DNA of 64,000 nucleotides from an uncultured Rickettsiales bacterium (GTDB lineage Bacteria; Pseudomonadota; Alphaproteobacteria; Rickettsiales; UBA1997): NCBI GenBank assembly GCA_944391075.1, contig CALXSG010000003.1, positions 22,767 to 86,766 of the forward strand, read 5' to 3'. Shown piece by piece: positions 19,120 to 27,311 of this stretch (position 1 is its first letter; each line of letters starts with the position of its first letter). The notes under the pieces were generated by a model. It saw only the letters and a program-made list of their open reading frames with translations, ran no database searches and was not told where the DNA came from. The position numbers and the translations under genes were made by a program.

Positions 19120-20391
19120 ATGACAAATAAAACTATATTTGAGGAAGCTTTGGACTTCCATAAAAATGGCAAGCCTGGAAAAGTTGCTTTACAATTAACA
19201 AAACCACTAGAAACTCAACATGATTTAGCTATGGCTTATTCTCCGGGTGTTGCAGAATGCTGTACAGAAATTTCAAAAGATTATGATAAAATTTATGATT
19301 ACACAGCAAAAGGTAATTACATTGCTATTATTAGTAATGGTACAGCTATTTTAGGACTTGGTGATTTAGGTGCTGGTGCTTCAAAACCTGTTATGGAAGG
19401 CAAATGTGCTTTATTCAAAAAATTTGGTAAAATTGATGCTGTTGATATTGAAGTTGGTACAAAAGATGTAGAAGAATTTATCAATTGTGTAAAATTATTA
19501 GGTGATACTTGGGGTGGTATTAATCTTGAAGATATTAAAGCTCCAGAATGTTTTGAAATTGAAACAAGATTAAAAGAATTAATGTCAATTCCTGTTTTCC
19601 ATGACGATCAACATGGAACAGCTGTGATTAGTGGAGCAGGGTTATTAAATGCATTAAAAATTAATGGCAAAAAAATTGAAGACATTAAAGTTGTATTTAA
19701 TGGAGCAGGTGCTGCATCTATTTCTTGTGCTAAATTAGTTGAAGCATTAGGTGTAAAACACGAAAATATTATTATGTGTGATAGTAAAGGTGTTATTTAC
19801 AAAGGCAGAACAGCTGGTATGAATAAATGGAAAGAAATGATGGCAAAAGAAACAGAACTTAGAACTCTTGCAGAGGCATTAAATGGTGCTGATGTATTCT
19901 TTGGTTTATCTGTTGCTGATGCTTTGAAACCTGAAATGCTAAAAACAATGGCAAAAGATCCAATAGTATTTGCATTAGCTAACCCTAACCCTGAAATTAC
20001 TTGGGAATTAGCAAATTCAACTAGAAGTGATGTTATAATGGCTACCGGTAGATCTGACTATCCTAACCAAATAAATAATGTTATGGGTTTCCCTTATATT
20101 TTTAGAGGAACACTTGACACAAGAGCAAGTCAAATAAATGAAGAAATGAAATTAGCTGCTACATATGCTCTTGCTGAATTAGCTACAAAAGAAGTTCCAG
20201 AAGAAGTTAAGAAAATCTATGGAAAAGATTTAAAATTCGGCAAAGAATATATAGTTCCTACACCATTTGATCCTAGATTATATGTTGAAGTTTCAATGGC
20301 TGTTGCAAAAGCTGCTGTTAAGAGTGGTGTTGCTAAAAAGAAAATTACCGATTGGGAAGCTTATAAAAAAGAATTATTAGCAAGAGAGTAA
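19120..20391 (+). CDS. NAD(P)-dependent malic enzyme, short form (no C-terminal PTA-like domain)
   Basis: ALDFHKNGKPGKV..., LAMAYSPGVAE, VISNGTAILGLGDLGA, FHDDQHGTAV, VFNGAGAASIS. Length is 423 aa. Confidence 0.9.
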   Translation: MTNKTIFEEALDFHKNGKPGKVALQLTKPLETQHDLAMAYSPGVAECCTEISKDYDKIYDYTAKGNYIAIISNGTAILGLGDLGAGASKPVMEGKCALFKKFGKIDAVDIEVGTKDVEEFINCVKLLGDTWGGINLEDIKAPECFEIETRLKELMSIPVFHDDQHGTAVISGAGLLNALKINGKKIEDIKVVFNGAGAASISCAKLVEALGVKHENIIMCDSKGVIYKGRTAGMNKWKEMMAKETELRTLAEALNGADVFFGLSVADALKPEMLKTMAKDPIVFALANPNPEITWELANSTRSDVIMATGRSDYPNQINNVMGFPYIFRGTLDTRASQINEEMKLAATYALAELATKEVPEEVKKIYGKDLKFGKEYIVPTPFDPRLYVEVSMAVAKAAVKSGVAKKKITDWEAYKKELLARE

Positions 20392-20403
20392 TTTTTTATT
20401 ATT

Positions 20404-20429
20404 AAAGACTCTTAAAATTAAGAGTCTTT
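20404..20429. terminator. bidirectional hairpin between the convergent malic enzyme and pilin-2 genes
   Basis: aaagactcttaa-aa-ttaagagtcttt is a near-perfect 12-bp inverted repeat. It lies 13 nt after the malic enzyme stop and 22 nt after the pilin-2 stop. Confidence 0.6.
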
Positions 20430-20451
20430 ATATTTATGTTTTATTACAATA

Positions 20452-21325
20452 TTACAGTATTTGTAAATAAACAGTTCTACAAGATTTTTTAGCATTTACT
20501 GCATCATCATAGCTATTAAAACCAAAATTCTTATCACCAGAACAACTTGCTCTAAATACACCATTATTATATTTTCCATCATCAATTTTTGTATCTATAT
20601 CTTTCATAATTGTTGGTAAATTAAGTTTTTGTTCTACATCATTATAATACTTTAAAGATAATAATTGTTTATAATTTAAATTTACTCTTGCATAACTCAA
20701 ATCTTTATTTCCATCATCACTACCTAATTCATAAAAGTAGAACATATCTTTCATTATATTTGAAGATGGTAGAATTGTTATATTTTTTTCATACAAACTT
20801 GGATTAGTAGTTGCAATTGTACCTTTTGGTTCAAATTCAAGCGTTTTATCTAAATACATATCAACAAATGGAGCAAATATTAAATTTGGTGAATAATGAT
20901 TATTACTTGTATCAGTCCCATCATAAGGAAAAGGAAAAGAATTTGCATTATATGTTTGTCCAGAATTATAGCCTACAAAACCAATATTATTTACATCACC
21001 AGGATATCTTCCATTTTTTGCATAAAATGCTAAAAATGCTTGTTTGTAACCAGTTATTTCATTGATTAGCGCTCTTCTTCTAGCACTTTCAATTAAACTA
21101 GCCCCACCTGTAACACCAGCCACAAGCAAACCAATTATTATAAGTACTATTGACAATTCAATCAAAGAAAAAGCTAAAATACTATTTATTTGAGATTTAA
21201 TGAATTTTTGATTTTTACAATTAATAGTATTGTTTAAATTGACTATTTTGTCAAATTGTTTATAAAAAGCGACCCCCCCCCCACAAACTTTTAATTATTA
21301 TTTTGATTTCTTTATTATTATTCAT
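20452..21325 (-). CDS. type IV pilin / pseudopilin-like protein, paralogue 2 (5' end interrupted by a poly-G tract)
   Basis: The track ORF (20452..21165) starts at an internal Met inside the motif ..SILA|FSLIELSIVLIIIGLLVAGV. The pilin frame is open upstream to 21293, through the G10 tract (plus-strand C10 at 21273-21282). No ATG, GTG or TTG lies in that frame between the tract and the AFSLIE motif. The upstream ATG at 21325 joins the pilin frame with 9 or 12 G. A C-terminal Cys pair is present. Confidence 0.75.
21273..21282 (-). repeat. G10 homopolymer (minus strand) inside the 5' coding region of pilin paralogue 2
   Basis: The plus strand reads gcga-cccccccccc-acaaac. Confidence 0.9.
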
Positions 21326-21473
21326 ATATTGAATTAAAATATTAGTGTTATAGTTATAAGATAATTTTATTAATTTTAAAATCAATGATTTATTGTATAT
21401 TTTTTTTATTATTCTTATATTATAAATTCTTTTATTTTTCTTAATTTAGTTTTTGTTTTAATTTATTTATATA

Positions 21474-22010
21474 TAGTGATTTCTTTTTCTTTTTATTTTC
21501 TGTTTTTGTATTGATGGTGATTTCTTTTTATTTTCTGTTTTTTTGTGATGGTTTTGTGGTTTATGGATTGCCACAGGCCTTTGGCCTTTGCAATGACAAA
21601 TGAGACGAAGGATAGTGAATTCTTTTATTTTTCTGTTAATAAATAAAAGAATAGTTGTTTATGGATTGCTTCGCTTTGCTCGCAATAACGAAGGGGGTGA
21701 ATGGTAGTGAATTTTTTTGTTTTTTTGTGAATGAATAAATATCAGTGGTTTATGGATTGCTTCGTCGTTTCACTCCTCGCAATGACAAAGGAAACAAGAG
21801 ACAGTACCCCCCACACCGTCATTGCGATTATGAAACTGTCATTGCGAGACTTTGCAGAAGGAGTGAGAATCTCGTTATAGAGACAACCACACACAACCCA
21901 CACCGTCATTGCGAGGGCTTGAAAAGCCCGTGGCAATCTCAGTATGGAGTACTATGACAATCAAACAAAACTCGTCATTGCGAGAACCGAAGGTTTGTGG
22001 CAATCCATAA
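21474..22010. repeat. cluster of GC-rich palindromic (REP/MITE-like) units interleaved with an AT-rich module
   Basis: Units of the form GTCATTGCGAG-[variable stem-loop]-(G)TGGCAATCC(ATAAAC), e.g. 21904-21939 and 21973-22007. Reverse-oriented units lie at 21565-21597, 21663-21690 and 21754-21786. Between them is the AT-rich module (g)tagtgaatt(c)ttttatttttctgt. The left half is in reverse and the right half in forward orientation. Confidence 0.85.
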
Positions 22011-22189
22011 ATTTATAATATTAATAGTAATAGTACAATAATAGAATAATAAATATAATATGACTACTATTATTGATATATTCTAAAATAATATACAATA
22101 ACACCTTGACATTTTTATACAAAACAATTTAATTATCATTATCGATAATAATATAAACTAATATATAATAATAATTTAAAATTATGAAA

Positions 22190-22845
22190 ATGAAAAAGTA
22201 ACCCACCAGCTTAGCTGGTGGTTCTTCATTTTCTTTCAGCAAACTTCGGTGGGACGACAGGCTCGTGATTGCAGATGCCTTGCTTCGCAAGTCGCCTGCA
22301 TCCCGCCCACCTTGTTATTCCTTCGGCAAACTGCGCCCATAAGTCGTTGCATTTGTGCAAGCACAATGCCCCGACATTTAGGGCTTGTTATTCCTTCGGC
22401 AAACTGCGGGCATGAGTTGTCAAAGTCTCAACCAAGCTTGGACTTTTACAACATCAAGCCCTTGTTTTCAAGTCTTTTACTCTCATAAAAAACTTTTCTT
22501 CTAAATTTTGGTGCAAATACTATATGATACTTGCAATTCCACTTTGTATGTGCTAAACTTTTAATATCGTTATTATTTATCATAATAATGGTCTCCATTT
22601 GTTTATAAAGTAATAAAATAAACTATACAGCAAATCCTTAAGTATAGTTAAACAAATGGAGTATTTTTACAAGAATAAAACAAAACAAATGGAATGCGAA
22701 AACAAGCCCTGTGCGATGGGAGCTTGCTCACAATCGCAAGCCTGTCGTCAGGGCGATGTTTGCCAAAACGAAGCGGAGGACTATGTCATAATGTTTCATC
22801 GCTAAAGCTAAACTGAACCCCCAGTCTAACTGGGGGTTTTAGATG
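22190..22845 (-). mobile_element. decayed IS200/IS605-family-like element (tnpA remnant plus subterminal hairpins)
   Basis: Related imperfect hairpins lie near both ends: aacccccag-tctaa-ctgggggtt (22816-22838) and aacccaccagc-tta-gctggtggtt (22200-22223). A 5' fragment of a Y1 transposase gene lies between them. The total length of ~650 bp is similar to an IS200-type element. Confidence 0.6.
22446..22583 (-). pseudogene. tnpA: IS200/IS605-type Y1 transposase (tnpA), 5' fragment only
   Basis: Translation MINNNDIKSLAHTKWNCKYHIVFAPKFRRKVFYESKR-LENKGLML*. The first 37 aa match the conserved IS200 TnpA N-terminus (SLAHTKWNCKYHIVFxPKYRR). The HUH and catalytic Tyr regions are absent. Confidence 0.75.
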
Positions 22846-22902
22846 ACAACAATTAAATAACTACCAAACAAAATGGTAGTTATTTAATTATATTAATTAT
22901 CT

Positions 22903-24744
22903 TTATTCAACTGTTACAGATTTTGCTAAATTTCTAGGTTTATCTATGTTATTTCCTTTTTCTAATGCTATATAGTATGCAATTAGTTGAATAGGAATTA
23001 AACATTCTATAACAGACATTAATTTATTGTCATTATATTTTACTTCAATATTATAAGTGGTTTTATTTGATAATTCTTTAATACCTTTTTCATCGCTGAT
23101 TAAAACAATTTTTCCTTCTCTTGCAACTATTTCTTCAATATTTGATGATGTTTTATCAAATAAATCACTTGTAGGGTTGATTGCAAATACATATACATTT
23201 TTATCTATTAAAGCAATAGGACCATGTTTTAATTCGCCTGCACCAATACCTTCACAAGGAACATAATTAATTTCTTTTAATTTCAAAGCTCCTTCCAGTG
23301 CCAATGGATAGTAAATATTTCTTCCAATAAACATAAAGAAAGAATTATTTTTTACATTTTTTGCAATATTTTTTATATTATCAATATTATTTTTATTTGA
23401 TAAAAATTCATCAATAATTTTTGGTAATTCTAATAAATTATCAATATATTTTTCATATTCATTTTTAGATATTGAGTGATTTAAAAAAGCTAATTCTACT
23501 GCAAAAATATATAATACAGCTAATTGCCCTACTAATGCTTTTGTACTTGCAACTCCAACTTCTGTTCCAGCAAGAGTTTTTAAAACTATGTCAGAATTGT
23601 AAGCAATATTACTTTGTAAAACATTTACAATAGAAATAATTTTCTGTCCTTTTTCTTTACATAATTTTAGTGCACCAATGGTGTCAGCTGTTTCACCAGA
23701 TTGTGAAATAAACATAGAAATTTCATCTTTTTTAAGGTTTATATTTCTATATCTAAATTCTGATGCTATATCTATATTTACTTTAATTTTTGCAATATCT
23801 TCAATAAAATATTTTGCGATAAAACTTGCATAATAGGAAGTTCCACAAGATATAATATTGATTTCTTTTACATCTTTTAAATTAAAATCAAAATGCGGAA
23901 ATAAGATTTTTTTATTTTTTATATCTATATATTCACTAATCGTTTGTTTTAAAACTTTTGGAGCTTCAAAAATTTCTTTTAGCATAAAATGATCAAAATT
24001 TCCTTTATCAACATTAATATTATCAATATTAATTGTTTCAACTTCCTTATTAATTTTTTTGTCATCTTTATTAAATATTTCATAAGTATCTTTTGAAACA
24101 ACAGCATATTCACCATCTTCAAATGAAATAACTTTATTTGTTAAGCCGCTGAAAGCTGATAAGCCTGAAGAAATATAATTTTCATTTTTGCCAATACCTA
24201 ATAATAAAGGTGAAGACATTTTTGCGCAATAAATATGCTCGTTATCATTAGCAAATAATACAGCGATACCAAAAGAACCCTTTAATCTTTTTAATGCTTT
24301 TCTAAAAGCTTCTAAATTATTTTTTTCTGTTTTTAAACAGTATGAAATTAAATTAGAAATAACTTCTGTATCTGTTTCACTTTTAAAATTATAGCCTAAT
24401 TTATTTAATCCTTGTTTTAATTCTATATAGTTTTCAATTATACCATTATGAACTACGGATACTAAATTATCACAACTATTATGAGGATGAGCATTAGCTT
24501 CTGTTGGTTTACCATGAGTAGCCCATCTTGAATGTGCTATACCTACATTGGAATTAAAGTTATCATTAAAAGATTTTTCTAACTCGCTAACTTTACCAAC
24601 TTTTTTTATTAAGTCTATTTTGTTGTTTTTTATTATAGCCATACCAGCTGAATCATAACCTCTGTATTCAAGGCATTTTAAACCATTGATAAGTTTATTT
24701 GTAGCATTATTATTGCTACTAACTATTCCAAAAATTCCACACAT
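22903..24744 (-). CDS. glmS: glutamine--fructose-6-phosphate aminotransferase
   Basis: MCGIFGIV N-terminal nucleophile (start ATG at 24744; the track ORF is extended 28 codons upstream), two SIS domains, and the C-terminus ...NLAKSVTVE. Confidence 0.95.
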   Translation of the reverse strand: MCGIFGIVSSNNNATNKLINGLKCLEYRGYDSAGMAIIKNNKIDLIKKVGKVSELEKSFNDNFNSNVGIAHSRWATHGKPTEANAHPHNSCDNLVSVVHNGIIENYIELKQGLNKLGYNFKSETDTEVISNLISYCLKTEKNNLEAFRKALKRLKGSFGIAVLFANDNEHIYCAKMSSPLLLGIGKNENYISSGLSAFSGLTNKVISFEDGEYAVVSKDTYEIFNKDDKKINKEVETINIDNINVDKGNFDHFMLKEIFEAPKVLKQTISEYIDIKNKKILFPHFDFNLKDVKEINIISCGTSYYASFIAKYFIEDIAKIKVNIDIASEFRYRNINLKKDEISMFISQSGETADTIGALKLCKEKGQKIISIVNVLQSNIAYNSDIVLKTLAGTEVGVASTKALVGQLAVLYIFAVELAFLNHSISKNEYEKYIDNLLELPKIIDEFLSNKNNIDNIKNIAKNVKNNSFFMFIGRNIYYPLALEGALKLKEINYVPCEGIGAGELKHGPIALIDKNVYVFAINPTSDLFDKTSSNIEEIVAREGKIVLISDEKGIKELSNKTTYNIEVKYNDNKLMSVIECLIPIQLIAYYIALEKGNNIDKPRNLAKSVTVE

Positions 24745-24906
24745 AAAATTTATTTTTATTAAAACTGCTAGAATTTGTACATTATAAATAAGAATATTCA
24801 AATAATTTTTTATTTCAAAATATTGCATTATTACAAATACAACTTGTATTTTAAAAAATATATTATATATTTTCTAATAGTTAATAATGCACTACTCAAA
24901 AATATA

Positions 24907-25389
24907 ATGAATAAAATTTTGAATATTATAAAAAAAATTCTAATTTTCTTTAAAAATCAATTTGTTACTTTATCAAAAGGTGAGTATCCACATTTTTATA
25001 CAATGCTTTATGTTTATAGCGTATTACCTGCCCTATTAATATTTTTTATATCAAAAAAAAATTATTCTATAAATTTAAATAATTACGTTGTTATATTAAC
25101 TTCACTATTGATGATGATATACTTTATTTGGCACATCTATGTAGTTAAAAAAACATTAAAAGTACAACCTCAATATGTAGTTAAAAAAATAACAAAAAAA
25201 GAACTTTACGCCAATAAAACACCTGAAGAAATTAAGCAAATTAAAAAAGATAAAAAAATAAAAACAGTTAAAAAATTATTATTATTAGAGCCATGGGATT
25301 CTATGCCTATGTACAGAATCGTAGAATGGGTTGATGTTTTAGTAATATTTTTTCAATTTCAAAGAATTTTAAATATTATTGACAACTAA
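24907..25389 (+). CDS. hypothetical membrane protein
   Basis: About 160 aa from ATG 24907; the track ORF starts at a TTG at 24775, which overlaps the glmS 5' end. Two or three hydrophobic helices and a K-rich linker. No family recognised. Confidence 0.4.
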   Translation: MNKILNIIKKILIFFKNQFVTLSKGEYPHFYTMLYVYSVLPALLIFFISKKNYSINLNNYVVILTSLLMMIYFIWHIYVVKKTLKVQPQYVVKKITKKELYANKTPEEIKQIKKDKKIKTVKKLLLLEPWDSMPMYRIVEWVDVLVIFFQFQRILNIIDN

Positions 25390-25436
25390 AATATTTTAGT
25401 TAAATTTTAATAGATAATTATTAATAGTAAAAGAAT

Positions 25437-27242
25437 ATGGAAAGTAATAAACAAGAAAATCAAGAACAAAAAAGTTTACAAGAGCAAAAGCCAGAACAAA
25501 AAACTCTTGAGACAGTTGAAGAAGTAGCTTCAACCAGAAAAGATATTGCTGACCTATTACTTGAAAAGAAAATTATCACAAAAGACCAACTCGATGTTGC
25601 TTTAAAAGAAAAACAAGAAAAAAATCTTTCTGAAAATATTGGAACTATTCTTGTAAACATGGGCTTTATTACAGATTCCATGCTTACTGGTATTATTAAT
25701 GAACAAACCGGAAATAAAGATTTTAATTTAAAAACATCAATTATTGATCAAAGATTAGTTAGAAAAATACCAAAAGGTTTTGCTATTCAAAACAAAGTTA
25801 TTCCAATTTCATTTACAAAAAATACAATTACAGTAGCAATATCTGATTTATATGATATTATTACATTGGATCAATTAAAGAGATTCTTTCCACCTCATTT
25901 TAAAATAGTACCTATCTTTGCCACAGCAAATGATATTCTTGCGGCAATTGATAAATACTATGATTATGAAATGTCTATTGATGGTATTTTAAGAGAAATT
26001 GAAGGTATTGATGAAGGTGAATTTGACGAACAAGAAAGTATGTCTGGCGACTATAAGAGTCCTATGGTGCGTCTTGTTGATGCATTATTGACTGATGCTG
26101 TTAGAAGTGGCGCATCAGACTTACACTTTGAACCTGAAGATTTCTTTTTAAGACTTAGATACAGAATTAATGGTAAAATGGAACAAATTAGAACATTCCA
26201 TAATAAATATTGGTCATCAATTGCTGTTCGTATCAAAATTATGTCAGGTATGAACATTGCTGAAACCAGAAAACCACAAGACGGAAGAATTCAAAGTATT
26301 ATTCTTGGAAGAAGTATTGATTTCAGGGTTTCTTCACAACCTACTGTATCCGGTGAAAATATTGTTATGAGAATTTTGGATGAAAAGCAAGCTATATCCT
26401 CTTTGGATAAATTAGGTTATAGTAATGCTAACATCGCTTTAATTAAAAAATGTATCAAAAGACCTTATGGTATTACGATTCTTACAGGTCCTACTGGTTC
26501 CGGTAAAACAACAACGCTTTATACTCTTTTAAGTATGATAAATAACGTTGATATCAACATTATGACACTTGAAAACCCAGTAGAATATCGTATTCCATTA
26601 ATTAGACAATCCAATATTAATCCTGAAATTGGTGTAACATTCGCTGAAGGTATTAGAACACTTTTAAGACAAGACCCTGATGTGATTCTTGTGGGTGAAA
26701 TTAGAGACGAAGAAACAGCTAGTGCTGCTGTTCAAGCAGCTATGACAGGTCACCAAGTGTATTCATCTTTACACACAAACGACGCTTTCTCAGCTATCCC
26801 TAGACTTTTGCAAATTGGCGTGCAACCATTCTTATTATCAGGTGCACTTATAGCTATTATTGCACAAAGGTTGACTAGAACAATTTGTCCTCATTGCAAA
26901 TATCAATATCCTATTACAGCCGAGGAAAAAAGAATTATTGCAAAAGTTATTGGTGAAGAAAAAGCTTCAAAAGTTACTCATTTATTTAGAGGAAAAGGTT
27001 GTGAGAAATGCAAAGGCAGAGGTTATGGAAAACGAGTTGCTGTCTGCGAAGTATTAGATGTTGATAAGGAAATAGATAATATGATTGTTGAAGGTGCTAC
27101 AAAAAAAGAAATGCTTGCGTATCTTGATAGTAAAGGTTATGTAACAATGCAAGTTGATGGTGTTTATAAAGTTATTAATGGTGTTACAACTCTTGATGAA
27201 TTAATTAGGGTTGTTGATATGACAAGTTATCTTGAAGTTTAA
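25437..27242 (+). CDS. pilB: type IV pilus / type II secretion ATPase (PilB/GspE family)
   Basis: N-terminal T2SSE_N/MshEN-like domain, Walker A GPTGSGKTTT, Asp box, Walker B ILVGEIRD, His box, and a tetracysteine motif CPHC...CEKCKGRGY. Confidence 0.9.
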   Translation: MESNKQENQEQKSLQEQKPEQKTLETVEEVASTRKDIADLLLEKKIITKDQLDVALKEKQEKNLSENIGTILVNMGFITDSMLTGIINEQTGNKDFNLKTSIIDQRLVRKIPKGFAIQNKVIPISFTKNTITVAISDLYDIITLDQLKRFFPPHFKIVPIFATANDILAAIDKYYDYEMSIDGILREIEGIDEGEFDEQESMSGDYKSPMVRLVDALLTDAVRSGASDLHFEPEDFFLRLRYRINGKMEQIRTFHNKYWSSIAVRIKIMSGMNIAETRKPQDGRIQSIILGRSIDFRVSSQPTVSGENIVMRILDEKQAISSLDKLGYSNANIALIKKCIKRPYGITILTGPTGSGKTTTLYTLLSMINNVDINIMTLENPVEYRIPLIRQSNINPEIGVTFAEGIRTLLRQDPDVILVGEIRDEETASAAVQAAMTGHQVYSSLHTNDAFSAIPRLLQIGVQPFLLSGALIAIIAQRLTRTICPHCKYQYPITAEEKRIIAKVIGEEKASKVTHLFRGKGCEKCKGRGYGKRVAVCEVLDVDKEIDNMIVEGATKKEMLAYLDSKGYVTMQVDGVYKVINGVTTLDELIRVVDMTSYLEV

Positions 27243-27267
27243 TTATAATAATTTTATGATATTTCTA

Positions 27268-27295
27268 AATACTACCAATATTAGTAGTATTTTTT
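27268..27295. terminator. hairpin plus T-run after pilB (shared with the convergent lipoprotein gene)
   Basis: aatactac-caatatta-gtagtatt followed by ttttt. Confidence 0.55.
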
Positions 27296-27311
27296 ATATT
27301 CTAGATATTGT

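Noticed and set aside
22248-22311. Whether the best-conserved hairpin module is a known self-cleaving ribozyme (twister, hammerhead, HDV-like), an SRP RNA, a tmRNA or an RNase P fragment.
   Set aside because: I could not align the conserved cores I remember for these families, such as CUGAUGA/GAAA or the twister AAGC/GGG pseudoknot elements. I left it as an unassigned structured element rather than naming a family.
22225-22470. Whether the 24-nt repeats with intervening segments form a mini CRISPR array or integron attC sites.
   Set aside because: Only two perfect repeats are present. The 'spacers' have unequal lengths (50-64 nt) and are themselves self-complementary hairpins that recur elsewhere. 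No cas genes or integrase are present. The flanks do not fit the attC RYYYAAC/GTTRRRY cores.
22446-22475. Whether the remainder of tnpA persists in shifted frames downstream of codon 37. One frame reads KQGLDVVKVQA, vaguely like ..KGVEIIEAEA.
   Set aside because: The similarity is too short and weak, and no HUH (HxH) or catalytic Tyr region can be found in any frame. I treat the region as non-coding modules.
21742-22488. ORF-track entries 21742..21936(-), 21745..21957(+) and 22249..22488(+).
   Set aside because: They lie entirely within the palindromic repeat units or hairpin modules, and overlap each other on opposite strands. Their peptides (e.g. ..PRNDKG.., HCEGLKSPWQSQ) are translations of the repeats. 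There are no start context or domain features. I treat them as repeat artefacts.
22903-24828. N-terminal extensions offered by the ORF track for glmS (28 codons), rpoD (20), mltG (19), rarA (18), lptD (19), mrcA (4) and the 24775 ORF (44).
   Set aside because: Most begin at TTG codons. They add AT-rich junk residues upstream of canonical N-termini, such as MCGIFG for glmS or the signal/TM starts. The internal ATGs give family-typical starts and remove overlaps with neighbouring genes.
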